A stretch of 64,000 nucleotides of DNA, taken from the NCBI GenBank assembly GCA_963749705.1, contig CAVVNQ010000015.1:96001-160000 (forward strand), in the 5' to 3' direction. Source of the DNA: an uncultured Chloroflexia bacterium. GTDB lineage: Bacteria > Chloroflexota > Limnocylindria > Limnocylindrales > CSP1-4. The translations under genes and the position numbers were made by a program. This document shows, in pieces, positions 1-11,980 of the stretch. Position 1 is the first letter of the stretch. The number at the start of each line of letters is the position of its first letter. Under the pieces are notes generated by a model. That model saw only the letters and a program-made list of their open reading frames with translations, did not search any database and was not told where the DNA came from.

Positions 1-1061
1 CGTTCCAGGTCGCGCTGGTCACCCGGTACGCCAAGCGGATCGCGCTCGCGTACGACGTCGACGCCGCGGGGCAGAAGGCGGGCACCTTCGGCGCCACCGC
101 GCTCGAGGAGCTCATCCGCCAGCTGGCCCCGGACGATTCCGGCGTGGAGCTGGACGACGTCCGCGTGGTTGGGCTGCCCGAGGGCCGGGACCCCGACGAG
201 GTCCTGCGCGACGAGCCGGACCGCTGGCGCGAGGAGGTCCGGACCGCCCGGCCGATCGTGGACCACCTGATCGACGTCCACGCCCGCGCGCAGGACCTGC
301 GGACGCCGGGTGGGCAGGCCCGGTTCGTGGATGCGGTGCTGCCGATCATCCGCAACCTGCCCAACCCCGTGCTGCGCGACGCGTACCTGGGCCAGGTCCA
401 CCGCATCTCGGGGGTCGAGGAGCGCACCCTGCTCGAGGCCATGCACCGGCGTGCGGGTCGCGAGCCGGACGGGCGCGACGGGCGCGACCGGTTCACGGCC
501 CAGGCGGTGACGGGTGCTCCCGATGCCCTGCCGGTGACCGAGATCCTGCGCGGCGTGTCCCGGACCGAGCAGGAGCTGCTGCGGCTGGTGCTGCTCGTCC
601 CCGAGACGCACGACACGGTCCTCGACGGGGTCGGGCCGGACCGGCTGCCATCACAGGTCGCCCGGGAGCTGTACCGCGCGATCGTCGTGGCCCGCGCCCG
701 CGACGAGCATGGGGTCCGGCCCGCGTGGGCGCTGCCGGCGATCCTCGACGGGCTCGACGACGAGAGCCGCGCCCTCGGGCAGGCGCTGGTCTCGCGGCCC
801 GGACCCAATCCGCGCCAGCTGGGCGATCGCGCCCTCGCCTACGAGATCGAGCGGCTCACGCTCGAGCTCGACGACGCCGAGTGGCAGGAGCGAAGCGCCT
901 GGAACCACGATGCGACGGCCGAGGCCGAACGCGATGGCGACAACGAGACGGCCGAGCGGCTGACCCTCGAACGCCGACTCCTCAACGAGCAGCGACGGTC
1001 GCTCGACCGGCGCCGCGACCAGACACGACTCCTCGCCCGGACGGCCGTCGCCGCCGGCTGA
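1..1061 (+). CDS. dnaG: DNA primase, 5'-truncated
   Basis: The frame from nt 3 reads ...[14 protein letters not shown] (Toprim DxD) and LPEGRDPDE; it lies directly upstream of rpoD. Confidence 0.93.
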   Translation, partial: FQVALVTRYAKRIALAYDVDAAGQKAGTFGATALEELIRQLAPDDSGVELDDVRVVGLPEGRDPDEVLRDEPDRWREEVRTARPIVDHLIDVHARAQDLRTPGGQARFVDAVLPIIRNLPNPVLRDAYLGQVHRISGVEERTLLEAMHRRAGREPDGRDGRDRFTAQAVTGAPDALPVTEILRGVSRTEQELLRLVLLVPETHDTVLDGVGPDRLPSQVARELYRAIVVARARDEHGVRPAWALPAILDGLDDESRALGQALVSRPGPNPRQLGDRALAYEIERLTLELDDAEWQERSAWNHDATAEAERDGDNETAERLTLERRLLNEQRRSLDRRRDQTRLLARTAVAAG

Positions 1062-1110
1062 ACCCGACACCCGACCCGCAAGCCGAAGCCCAACGGAGGT
1101 ACCCGCGGAC

Positions 1111-2874
<1,764 letters not shown>

Positions 2875-2900
2875 GCGCCGCACACGGCACCGGCCGCGAG

Positions 2901-3991
2901 GTGTCTGTCCAGGGATCGGTCGATCCGGGGTTCGAGCCGGTCGCCGAGGCGTTCGCCGACGTGATCGCGGGCCAGGCCGGGCCCGGTGCGTCGCTGGCGG
3001 TGTGGCACGCCGGGAGCTGGGTCGTCGACCTGTGGGGCGGCTCGGCCGACGCGGGCGACGCGGGCGGCGCACGCCCCTGGCGATCCGACACCATCGCGAT
3101 GGTGTACTCGGTGACCAAGCCGTTCGCGGCGGTGTGCGCCCTGGTCCTCGCGGACCGTGGGCAGCTCGATCTCGATGCGCCGCTGACGACGTACTGGCCG
3201 GAGATGGCCGCCCGGACCACGATGCGCCAGGTGCTCGCCCATCGATCCGGCCACGTCGTGCTGGATCGGGCAGTCCCCGAGACGGCCTGGTACGACTGGG
3301 ACTGGATCTGCCGCCTGCTCGCCGAGCAGGTTCCGGCCTGGGAGCCCGGTACCGCGCACGGCGAGGCGGCGCTGTTCTACGGGCATCTCGTGGGCGAGGT
3401 CGTCCGGCGCGTCGACGGCCGGACGCTGGGACGGTTCCTGCGCGACGAGGTGTGCGAGCCGCTGGGACTCGACTTCCACGTCGGGTTGACCGACGCGGAG
3501 CTGTCGAGGGTCGCGGATCTTGGCGGGTTCGGCGACGCGTTCCGGCTCGCCAACGCGGGCGGGACGGACCTCTATCGGCGCGCCCTCGGCAACCCGCCTG
3601 GCGCGCGCGATCCCGGCGTGGTCAACGGCGAGCGTTGGCGCCGGGCGGAGATCCCGGCGATCAACGGCCACGGCACGGCCCGCGGCGTGGCGGGGCTGTA
3701 CGTCGCGCTCAAGGACCGGCGCGATCCTGTCACCCGCGAATGCTCGCCCAGGCGACGGCGGTCGCGGGCTCGGGCGTGGACCAGGTCATGGGCGACGAGC
3801 GCGAATGGGGCCTCGGGTTCGCGCTCGATCCCGATGGGTTCGGGATGGGCGGGCTGGGCGGCAGCGTGGGCTGGTGGAGCGAGGTCGGGCAGTACGCGTT
3901 CGGGTTCGTCACCGGCGAGATCGCGGGCTACGACCGCTCGGAGCGACTCGAGAATGCTGTCCGAGGGTGCCTCGGCCTGCCGCCGCTGTAG
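2901..3991 (+). CDS. Serine hydrolase (beta-lactamase/esterase family), frameshifted near 3716 and 3739
   Basis: VVDLWGG, SVTK (SxxK) and WEPGTAHG motifs. The C-terminus (WGLGF..GMGGLGGS) is in another frame; removing two single-base insertions restores KDGAILSPAMLAQ. Confidence 0.85.
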
Positions 3992-4016
3992 ATCCGCGCC
4001 GCCGCCGATAGGCAAC

Positions 4017-4036
4017 GTTCTCAGCAAGTTCTCAGC
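4017..4036. promoter_or_regulatory. Tandem GTTCTCAGC repeat with 11-bp period; candidate OmpR-family binding site
   Basis: GTTCTCAGC-AA-GTTCTCAGC in intergenic DNA. Confidence 0.35.
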
Positions 4037-4063
4037 GGCGTGGCACAACGTGCGGAACTCAGG

Positions 4064-4335
4064 GTCCTGACACGCGGACCCTCGCCGCTCCCAACGGATC
4101 TGCAGATCGTCGACGATCGCACCGAGAGGACGACCGCGACGCGACACCGATCCAGGCCGACAACTCCGGCCCCGATCGATCGCGGACCTGGATCCGATGG
4201 CGCAGGTAGCTGCAACCACGCCCGATCCGGGCCGAGCACGCCGAACTCGCGTGGCTCGGGCCGAACCTCCGGGGGCTGCCATCGACCCTGCCTGAGACGG
4301 CGGCCGCCAGGGGCGGCGACGTGCGCGTGTCCTGA
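4064..4335. repeat. Inverted-repeat-bounded element (~260 bp) with flanking GTCCTGA direct repeats; MITE-like
   Basis: GACACGCGGACCCTCGCCGCTCCC pairs imperfectly with GGGGCGGCGACGTGCGCGTGTC. GTCCTGA occurs at 4064-4070 and 4329-4335. Confidence 0.4.
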
Positions 4336-4485
4336 TCGGAAGGAGTGCGGTGCGGCCGTGCTCCGGTGGTAGATAGGCGGTGCGCCGAGATCGTTCTCGA
4401 TCGAAATTGCCCCTGCTCGCCGGCAGCCAATCTCGCTGCGTCTGGCCATGGCGGGGCTCCAGGCTTGTCCACAGGAGAAGAGCCA

Positions 4486-5772
4486 GTGAGAAGTCGTCCC
4501 ATCACCCTGTCCGCCGTGGCGCTGATCTCGGTCTTCGTCGCCGCGTGCGGTTCCTCTGCCGCCACGCCATCGCCGTCCGCCGCGCCCGCGTCGAGCGCGC
4601 CGGCCAGCGCGGCGCCCTCGGCAGCGGCCTCCGAGTCCCCGTCGTCGTCGCCTTCGGCGCTGAGCGTGGGTTCATTCAATTCGAGCTTCTCGGCAATGGC
4701 CGATCTTGCGTCGGTGACAGCTGCCGGCAGTGGGCTCGTCGGCGTGATCCTGCCGGACGCAACCACCTCGGCCCGCTACACCAGCTATGACCTCCCGTAC
4801 CTCAAGCAAGCCTTTGAAGCGGCCGGGTACGCCGCATCGGACTTCAAGATCGACAATGCCTCGGGCACGGCCACGACCGAGCTCGCCCTCGCCCAGGCCG
4901 ACATCACGGCCGGGGCCAAGGTCCTGCTGGTCGACCCGCTCGACAGCACGACCGGCAACCAGATCCAGGCGGCCGCGGCGGCCGCCGGCGTGGCGATGAT
5001 CAGCTATGACCGCGCCACGTTCCAGGGCACCAACACCTACTACGTCAGCTTCGACAACGTCCAGGTCGGCAAGCTGATCGGCCAGGGCTTCATGCAGTGC
5101 GTCACCGACTGGGGCGTCAAGAACCCCCAGGTGTTCACCCTCGACGGCGGCCAGGACACCGACCCCAACGCGATCGACTTCGCCAAGGGCTACAACTCGG
5201 TGATCTGGGGCCAGGAGGTCGCGCAGGTCCCGAAGGGCACGACCAACAGCGCCGGAATGAAGCTCATCGATGAGCAGATCGCCCCGGCCTGGAACAACAA
5301 GACGGGCGGCACGATCTTCCAGCAGGCCTACACGGCCAACCCGTCGATCAACGCCACGGTCGAGGCCAATGACGGCCTCGCCGGCGCGGCCATCGGCGTC
5401 CTCAAGTCAGCCGGGGTCCCGGCCAAGACGGTGCCCACCACCGGGCAGGACGCGACGCTCCAGGGCATGGAATACGTGCTCCAGGGCTACCAGTGCGGCT
5501 CCGTATACAAGCCGGTCTACCTCGAGGCCCAGGCGGCCGTCGCCCTGGCCACGTACCTGCGGGCCGGCCAGACGCCGCCCGCCACGCTGATCAACGGAAC
5601 CACGACCGATCCGACCAACTCGGCTGCCACGCAGCCGGCCGTGCTGCTGACCCCGTACTGGGTCAACGCCGCCAACATGGAATCGACGGTCATTCAGGAC
5701 AAGTTCGTGTCGGTGACGGACCTGTGCGCCGCCGTCGGCGCCGACCTCTGCCTGGCCTCGGGCATCAAGTAG
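4486..5772 (+). CDS. Sugar (xylose-type) ABC transporter substrate-binding lipoprotein
   Basis: Lipobox VAAC, Ser/Ala/Pro linker, and XylF-like motifs ISYDR, YVSFDNVQVG and TGQDA; AGGAG RBS before the GTG. Confidence 0.9.
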   Translation: MRSRPITLSAVALISVFVAACGSSAATPSPSAAPASSAPASAAPSAAASESPSSSPSALSVGSFNSSFSAMADLASVTAAGSGLVGVILPDATTSARYTSYDLPYLKQAFEAAGYAASDFKIDNASGTATTELALAQADITAGAKVLLVDPLDSTTGNQIQAAAAAAGVAMISYDRATFQGTNTYYVSFDNVQVGKLIGQGFMQCVTDWGVKNPQVFTLDGGQDTDPNAIDFAKGYNSVIWGQEVAQVPKGTTNSAGMKLIDEQIAPAWNNKTGGTIFQQAYTANPSINATVEANDGLAGAAIGVLKSAGVPAKTVPTTGQDATLQGMEYVLQGYQCGSVYKPVYLEAQAAVALATYLRAGQTPPATLINGTTTDPTNSAATQPAVLLTPYWVNAANMESTVIQDKFVSVTDLCAAVGADLCLASGIK

Positions 5773-5870
5773 CCCGCGGCCCCGGCGACGGCAGCGGCCC
5801 GATGTGCACGCTGCCGTCGCCGGGACACCTCCCCCCGCCCCGCCCCGCGCAGCCCACAGAGGACGAGCCA

Positions 5871-6722
5871 ATGGACCTGTCGGCGCAACGAGATCCCGTC
5901 CCTGTTGGCAAGGCCGGTGCGATCTCGAATCCGCCGGTCGCGCCGGGCTCCGAGCCGTTGCTCCGGCTTCGGGGCGTGAGCAAGCATTTTGGCGCGGTCC
6001 AGTCGCTGTATCGCGTCGACCTCGACCTGCCCGAGGCGCAGGTCACGGCACTGTGTGGCGACAACGGCGCAGGCAAGTCCGTGCTCACCAAGAGCATTGC
6101 CGGCATTCACCAGGTCGACGAGGGCGAGATGTTCTGGGAGGGCCGCCCCGTCCACATCCGGAACCCCAACGACTCAGCGGCGCTGGGGATCGAGACCGTC
6201 TACCAGGACCTCGCCCTCGCCGACAACCTCGACATCGTCCAGAACATGTTCCTCGGACGCGAGCGCCTCTCGCGGGGCCTGCTCGACGAGGACAGCATGG
6301 AGCGCGCGGCGGCCGAGACGCTCGCGAGCCTGCGGGTCACCACCGTGCGCTCGATCCGGCAGCCCGTCGCAACCCTGTCCGGCGGCCAGCGCCAGGCGGT
6401 CGCGGTAGCCAAGGCCGTCATGTGGAACTCGAAGCTCGTGATGCTCGACGAGCCGACGGCCGCCCTGGGCGTTGCGCAGACGAGGATGGTGCTCGATCTC
6501 ATCCGGCGGCTGAAGGACCACGGCCTCGCGGTCATGGTCGTCTCGCACAACCTCAACGACGTGTTCGAGGTAGCGGACCGGATCGCGGTGCTCCGCCTCG
6601 GGCGAATGGTCGCCCAGGATCGGATCTCGGCATTCGATCGCGAGAGCGTCGTCGACTACATGACCACCGGCAGGTCGAACCGCGACGTCGCGGGGCCTGC
6701 CACCAGCGACGGACTGGACTGA
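5871..6722 (+). CDS. Sugar ABC transporter ATP-binding protein
   Basis: GDNGAGKS, LSGGQ and MLDEPT motifs. Confidence 0.92.
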   Translation: MDLSAQRDPVPVGKAGAISNPPVAPGSEPLLRLRGVSKHFGAVQSLYRVDLDLPEAQVTALCGDNGAGKSVLTKSIAGIHQVDEGEMFWEGRPVHIRNPNDSAALGIETVYQDLALADNLDIVQNMFLGRERLSRGLLDEDSMERAAAETLASLRVTTVRSIRQPVATLSGGQRQAVAVAKAVMWNSKLVMLDEPTAALGVAQTRMVLDLIRRLKDHGLAVMVVSHNLNDVFEVADRIAVLRLGRMVAQDRISAFDRESVVDYMTTGRSNRDVAGPATSDGLD

Positions 6723-6725
6723 CCC

Positions 6726-8078
6726 ATGACCCCCAACGAACCCGAGCCGGCAGCCGCGGCACCGAACGAGATCGGGATCGACGACGAATCTGCGCCGGAC
6801 CTGACCGCGGCGGCTGTCGAGGCGATTCCCCCGGCGATCGCGGCGCAGTCACTGCGCGAGTACCTGCGGGCGTGGGTCGCGCGGGTGCGAGGTGGCGACG
6901 CCGGCGTCCTGCCGGTGGCGCTCGCCCTGGTCGCGGTGGGGGTGGTGTTCACCGTGGTCAGCCCCAACCACGTCTTCCTGTCCGCTGGCAACCTGGTCAA
7001 CCTGTTCGACCAGAGCGCGGTGTTCATCGTGCTCGCGATGGGCGAGGGATTCGTGCTGCTGCTGGGCGAGGTCGACCTCTCGATCGGCTACGTCGCGGCG
7101 ATCGGCGGGATCGTGGCGGCCCAGCTGGTGCAACCCAACGTGAACCTTCCCTGGGGCCTGGCGATCCTGGCGGCGCTTGCGGCGACGGCCGCCATCGGGG
7201 GCATCCAGGGGCTGATCATCACCAAGCTGGGTATCCCCGCCTTCGTGGTCACGCTGGCGGGCTACCTGATCTGGTTCGGCGTCATGATCGTCCTGCTCGG
7301 AGCCGCCGGCGGCGTGGGCATCACCAGCACGGTGCTGCCGAACCAGCAGGCGCTGTACGGAATCGTCTACAGCTACATCGACCCCACGCTCGGCTGGATC
7401 GGGCTCGTCGTGATCGTCGGCGTGGTGGGTGCCATGATGTGGCGGCGGGACGCAGGGCGGCGGCGAAGCGGCCTGGTCGCCCCTCCGGTCGGGCTGACCG
7501 TCGCGAAGATCGTGGCCGTGGCCGTGGCCGGCATCGCGGTCGTCGCCATCTGCAACCTGAACCGCGGCAGGTTCCTCCCGATCATCGGCACCCCCTGGGT
7601 CATCCCGCTCGTCCTGGCAGTGCTCGTGCTCTGGGCGACCCTGCTCGAGCGGACCCAGTTCGGGCGCCACGTGTACGCCGTGGGGGGCAACCCGGAAGCG
7701 GCCCGCCGGGCGGGCATCAATGTCTCCCGCGTGCGCACCCTGGGCTTCGTCCTGTGCTCGATGACCGCCGGGATCGCCGGCATCATCTATGCCTCACAGC
7801 TGGGCGGCATGACAACCAACATCAACGGCGGCCAGCTCGTCCTGTACGCAATCGCAGCGGCCGTCATCGGCGGCACCAGCCTGTTCGGCGGCCGGGGCCG
7901 GGCGATCCACGGCCTCCTCGGCGGCCTCGTCATCGGGGCCATCTACAACGGCCTGTACCTGCTGGGGCTCCCGATCCAGTACCAGCTGATCGTGACCGGG
8001 CTGGTGCTGCTCGCCGCCGTCAGCGTCGACTCGCTGTCGCGCCGCGGCGCCGGCTCGGGAAGCCTCGTCCGCGCCTGA
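6726..8078 (+). CDS. Sugar ABC transporter permease (XylH-like)
   Basis: Multiple TM segments; GEVDLSIG, GGNPEAARRAGI and IAAAVIGGTSLFGGRG motifs. Confidence 0.92.
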   Translation: MTPNEPEPAAAAPNEIGIDDESAPDLTAAAVEAIPPAIAAQSLREYLRAWVARVRGGDAGVLPVALALVAVGVVFTVVSPNHVFLSAGNLVNLFDQSAVFIVLAMGEGFVLLLGEVDLSIGYVAAIGGIVAAQLVQPNVNLPWGLAILAALAATAAIGGIQGLIITKLGIPAFVVTLAGYLIWFGVMIVLLGAAGGVGITSTVLPNQQALYGIVYSYIDPTLGWIGLVVIVGVVGAMMWRRDAGRRRSGLVAPPVGLTVAKIVAVAVAGIAVVAICNLNRGRFLPIIGTPWVIPLVLAVLVLWATLLERTQFGRHVYAVGGNPEAARRAGINVSRVRTLGFVLCSMTAGIAGIIYASQLGGMTTNINGGQLVLYAIAAAVIGGTSLFGGRGRAIHGLLGGLVIGAIYNGLYLLGLPIQYQLIVTGLVLLAAVSVDSLSRRGAGSGSLVRA

Positions 8079-8264
8079 CGGGAGGTACGGAGGGCGATCG
8101 GCCGCGTCGACCTTTGGCACCCGGGTTCGCCGACCATTGCCCCTCGACCCGCCCACGATCGAGAGGGACGCTCCGGAGTGACGCCGATCCCAACCGGATC
8201 TCGCGGCCCCGGCGCCGGGCGAACCAGCCCAACTGCTGATTCCCGGGGGAGAAGAGGGATCGCC

Positions 8265-9530
8265 ATGTCGCCCATCCGCAGGCTGCTCCTCGCAGCCGGT
8301 TCCGTCGGCTTGCTATCCGTTGTGTTCGGGGCGGCCGCGGTCGCCGGCTCACCGTCGTCGATGGAGGCGCTGGGCAAGGCGATCTTCTTCGACGAGAACC
8401 TCTCGATCAATCACAACGAGTCATGCGCGACCTGCCACGGGCCCGACTACGGCTTCACCGGGCCGACTGACCTCATCAACGCGCACGGAGCGGTGTACGA
8501 GGGCTCGATCGCGGGCAGGTTCGGGAACCGCAAGCCCCCCAGCAGCGCGTATGCAGCGCTCAGCCCGATCCTCCATCTCGACCGCCATGGCACCTGGGTC
8601 GGCGGCAACTTCTGGGATGGGCGGGCGACCGGCGAGAAGCTCGGCAACCCCGCCGCGGACCAGGCCCAGGGACCGTTCACCAATCCCGCGGAGCAGGCCC
8701 TGCCGGATTCGGCCTGCGTCGTGTACCAAGTGTCCATGGCCGCGTACGCCGACGACTTCACGTCGGTCTGGAAGATCGACCTGAGCTCGGTGGTCTGGCC
8801 ATCGGGCATCGAGACCACCTGCTCGACCGAAGGCGGGGAGGTCCTCCTGTCCGACGCGGACGAGGCGACCGTCTCGACCGCCTTCGACGACATCGCGCTT
8901 TCGATCGCGGCCTACGAGGGATCGCCGGAGGTCAACGCGTTCTCGTCCAAGTACGACCTGACCTTCGGCGGCAGGGCCAGGCTCACGAAGGAGGAGCAAC
9001 GCGGCCTCGCGCTGTTCCGGGGCAAGGGCGGCTGCACGGCCTGCCATCCGGCCAACGGCAAGCAGGCGCTGTTCACGGACTTCACGTTCGACAACCTCGG
9101 CGTTCCCGCAAACCCCGAGAATCCGGCGCTGCTCGCGGATTCCTCGTACGTCGACGACGGCCTGGGTGCGTACCTCGAGAGCGCCGGCTACCCCGAGTCC
9201 GTGTACCAGGATGAGATGGGCAAGCAGAAGGTCCCCACGCTGCGGAACGTGGGCCTGAGCCCATTGGAAACGTCCACCAAGGCCTACACCCACAACGGGT
9301 ATTTCAAGACGCTCGAGGGGATCGTCCACTTCTACAACACGCGCGACGTCCTGCCGCGATGTGACGGCGCCTACACCGAGGCGGAGGCACTGGCAGCCAA
9401 CTGCTGGCCGGCGCCCGAGGAGTCGATGAACGTCAACCATGACGAGCTCGGCGACCTCGGCCTCAGCGTGGACGACGAGGCCGCGATCGTGGCCTACCTG
9501 AGGACGCTCTCGGACGGCTACGGGAACTGA
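8265..9530 (+). CDS. Secreted di-heme cytochrome c peroxidase/MauG-family protein
   Basis: Signal peptide; CATCH and CTACH heme motifs; FWDGRA and KVPTLRNV. Confidence 0.9.
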   Translation: MSPIRRLLLAAGSVGLLSVVFGAAAVAGSPSSMEALGKAIFFDENLSINHNESCATCHGPDYGFTGPTDLINAHGAVYEGSIAGRFGNRKPPSSAYAALSPILHLDRHGTWVGGNFWDGRATGEKLGNPAADQAQGPFTNPAEQALPDSACVVYQVSMAAYADDFTSVWKIDLSSVVWPSGIETTCSTEGGEVLLSDADEATVSTAFDDIALSIAAYEGSPEVNAFSSKYDLTFGGRARLTKEEQRGLALFRGKGGCTACHPANGKQALFTDFTFDNLGVPANPENPALLADSSYVDDGLGAYLESAGYPESVYQDEMGKQKVPTLRNVGLSPLETSTKAYTHNGYFKTLEGIVHFYNTRDVLPRCDGAYTEAEALAANCWPAPEESMNVNHDELGDLGLSVDDEAAIVAYLRTLSDGYGN

Positions 9531-9537
9531 CCACCTG

Positions 9538-9574
9538 CGGCGGCGGGAGTCCGATGAGACGGTTCCCGCCGCCG
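9538..9574 (+). terminator. Hairpin after the peroxidase gene
   Basis: CGGCGGCGGGA / TCCCGCCGCCG stem followed by TT. Confidence 0.5.
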
Positions 9575-9622
9575 TTCTCCCGAGCGGCGGCTCGAACCGG
9601 TGATCCGGGCTAGATTCGGGGC

Positions 9623-9949
9623 ATGCCCCCGCAGGCGTATGCCCTCGTCACGCTGTTCGCGCTGTGCTCGGTCGCGCTGGGCTGGGCCGCGACCCGGATC
9701 GCGGCTCGCATCGGCGGTCCGGCGACGCGCGCGGCCTACATCATGCCGATCGCGGCCGGCTTCCTCGCCTTCTACCTGATCGGGCACAAGCTGGGGATCG
9801 CCGTGGGACCGGAGGTCTCGCTGTTCGGCTTCCAGGTGTCGCTGTTCGGCGACCTGGCGATCGGCTTCGCGGCCGCGTTGCTGGCGGCGCTGGCCCAGGC
9901 GGGCTGGCTGCGGGTGCGGGCGTCGCAGCGCCCGGACCCCGCGCGCTGA
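9623..9949 (+). CDS. Small 3-TM hypothetical protein
   Basis: Hydrophobic ORF with TAGATT (-10) 6 nt before the ATG. Confidence 0.7.
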   Translation: MPPQAYALVTLFALCSVALGWAATRIAARIGGPATRAAYIMPIAAGFLAFYLIGHKLGIAVGPEVSLFGFQVSLFGDLAIGFAAALLAALAQAGWLRVRASQRPDPAR

Positions 9950-9965
9950 CCGGCAGCCGGCAGCC

Positions 9966-10808
9966 TCAACGCCGCAGCGACGGGGGGACTTCGCCGGGAT
10001 CATCGCCGGTGGCGACCGGCAGGCCGGACCGCGACCAGTCGCTGTACGACCCCGGGTAGAGCAGGGGATCGGGCAGCCCGGCGACCCGCATCGCAAGCGC
10101 GTCATGGCAGGCGTTGACACCGCTGCCGCAGGCGACGACGACATCGTTGCCGAGCGCCTCGAAGCGGTCGCGAAGATCCGCGGCCGCTCGAAATCGACCG
10201 CTGGCGTCGAGATTGCCGGCGGTGGGCCGGCTGAGCGCGGTCGGGATGTGGCCGGCGACGGGATCGATCGGCTCGACGTCGCCGCGATAGCGCTCCCGCG
10301 CCCGAGCATCGACGATCGCGAAGTTGCCGAGCCTCGACATCAGCGCCGCCTGGTCGATCGTCCGGGACCAGCGCTCGCGCAGCTGGAGCTTCCCCGGTGC
10401 GGGTGCCGGCACGGTCGTCGTGAGCCCGCCACCGGCCGCGATCCAGGCCTGGATCCCGCCGTCGAGCACCTGGACCTGGTCGTGCCCGAGGTCGTCGAGC
10501 ATCCACCACAGGCGGGCGGCGACCGTGCCGCCGGCATCGTCGTAGGCGACGATGTGGCTCGACGAATCGAAGCCGAGCGCCTCCATCCGCCGGAGGAAGG
10601 TAGCCGGATCCGGCAGCGGGTGACGACCGGGTCCTTCGCTCGCGACGATGTCCGTGTCGAGGTCCACGAATACGGCACCCGGGAGGTGTCCCGCGTCGTA
10701 GTCGCGGCGGCCCTTCGACGGGTCGGACAGCCACCAGCGAACGTCGGCGAGGCGGAGCTCCGGATCGTCGATCCGGGCAAGCAGCTCGCCGGCGGAGATC
10801 AGGCTCAT
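9966..10808 (-). CDS. Sulfurtransferase (tandem rhodanese, SseA/MST-like)
   Basis: GHLPGA, GRHPLP, active-site CGSGV and LYPGSYSDW motifs. Confidence 0.93.
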   Translation of the reverse strand: MSLISAGELLARIDDPELRLADVRWWLSDPSKGRRDYDAGHLPGAVFVDLDTDIVASEGPGRHPLPDPATFLRRMEALGFDSSSHIVAYDDAGGTVAARLWWMLDDLGHDQVQVLDGGIQAWIAAGGGLTTTVPAPAPGKLQLRERWSRTIDQAALMSRLGNFAIVDARARERYRGDVEPIDPVAGHIPTALSRPTAGNLDASGRFRAAADLRDRFEALGNDVVVACGSGVNACHDALAMRVAGLPDPLLYPGSYSDWSRSGLPVATGDDPGEVPPSLRR

Positions 10809-10982
10809 GGCCGGACAGTCTAGGGGAGTGCGGCGGCGGGGCCGTGGTTCGGCGGCGACGAAGCCCTGGTTGAGCGGCGCCGGGTACGCGTTGGAACGGG
10901 CGCGCCGGCTCCTGCTATCCTCTGCCGCGGCGCCGCGACGGCGCCCCCGGCGGGTCGGGTCTTCGCCTCGGCCGCCATTCGC

Positions 10983-11057
10983 TCCGGCGTAGCTCAGTGG
11001 TAGAGCGGGTGACTGTTAATCACTTGGTCGTAGGTTCGAATCCTACCGCCGGAGCCA
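10983..11057 (+). tRNA. tRNA-Asn(GTT)
   Basis: Cloverleaf with acceptor stem TCCGGCG/CGCCGGA, anticodon loop CTGTTAA, GTTCGAATC T-loop and encoded CCA. Confidence 0.97.
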
Positions 11058-11234
11058 ACTTGCTCACCCTGTCCGATCGGCCAACAACAACACACCGTTG
11101 TCGGATCCTCGTCCGCCAGAGGGCGGCGGCGTGCTCCTCGCTGCCGTCTACCGTGTCCCGGTCGAGCAGGTCGCGCACCCAGGCGACGCACGCCGGCATG
11201 TGACGGGCACCCCCCGGACGCTCCGCAACGCTTC

Positions 11235-11849
11235 TCAGCAGTAGTCGGTGAAGCCGTGGAGGGGCTGCCGGCCGGTCAGCACCAGGTAGCCCGCCAGGAG
11301 ATCGTCGCAGCTGTTCTGGTAGATGCGGACCATCGCGATCGGCCGGTCGATGAGGCCCCACACCATGATCTCCGCGGCCTGCTCGGTGCCGTTCTCGTGC
11401 CACGGGGCCTTCTCATAGTCCCGCCAGTAGGTCCAGCCCCGCAACGCCCGGAACCGCGCCCTGGTCTCCTCGGTGAGGGTGTGGTCGGCCCAGGCATGGG
11501 CGGTCTCATGGAGGATCATCACCTGGGTGCCGAAGTCCAGGCTCGTGGTGCACAGCTCGATCACGTTCAGCGCGCCGTCGGGGTGCTGCAGGCCGTCGCG
11601 GCCGTTGCACGGCGACATGTTGCCGTCGTGGTAGCGGTAGCGAATGGGAGGAAGCTCCAGGCCGGCCTCGGCGAACAGGGCGACCGCCCAATGCGCCCAG
11701 GTGGCAAGCTGGTCGGGCATGTCGACCAGCTCGAGCGAACCGGGTTGAGGGGCCGCAGGAGCTACGGCAGCGGCCGTGGCGCCGGTGCCGAGGGCGACGA
11801 GGGCGACGAGGGCGATGATGGCAACTGCGCGTGTGAGATGGTTCCGCAT
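11235..11849 (-). CDS. Secreted protein with HExxH zinc-metallopeptidase motif
   Basis: Signal peptide; ILHETAH plus a downstream E (TEQAAE); four Cys. Confidence 0.7.
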   Translation of the reverse strand: MRNHLTRAVAIIALVALVALGTGATAAAVAPAAPQPGSLELVDMPDQLATWAHWAVALFAEAGLELPPIRYRYHDGNMSPCNGRDGLQHPDGALNVIELCTTSLDFGTQVMILHETAHAWADHTLTEETRARFRALRGWTYWRDYEKAPWHENGTEQAAEIMVWGLIDRPIAMVRIYQNSCDDLLAGYLVLTGRQPLHGFTDYC

Positions 11850-11980
11850 GGCGCGGACCATCCGACCGGCGACTTCATGCCCACGTGTGAAGCGCTCAAG
11901 GGAAGCTTTGCGAGCCTAAAGGCGGCCTTAAGTCGCGGGTTCCAGGCTCTGCGACTCGGTTCGTGAGAGGAAGCGGGATC

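Noticed and set aside
4465-4473. Single DnaA box TTGTCCACA
   Set aside because: Isolated and adjacent to an RBS; likely chance.
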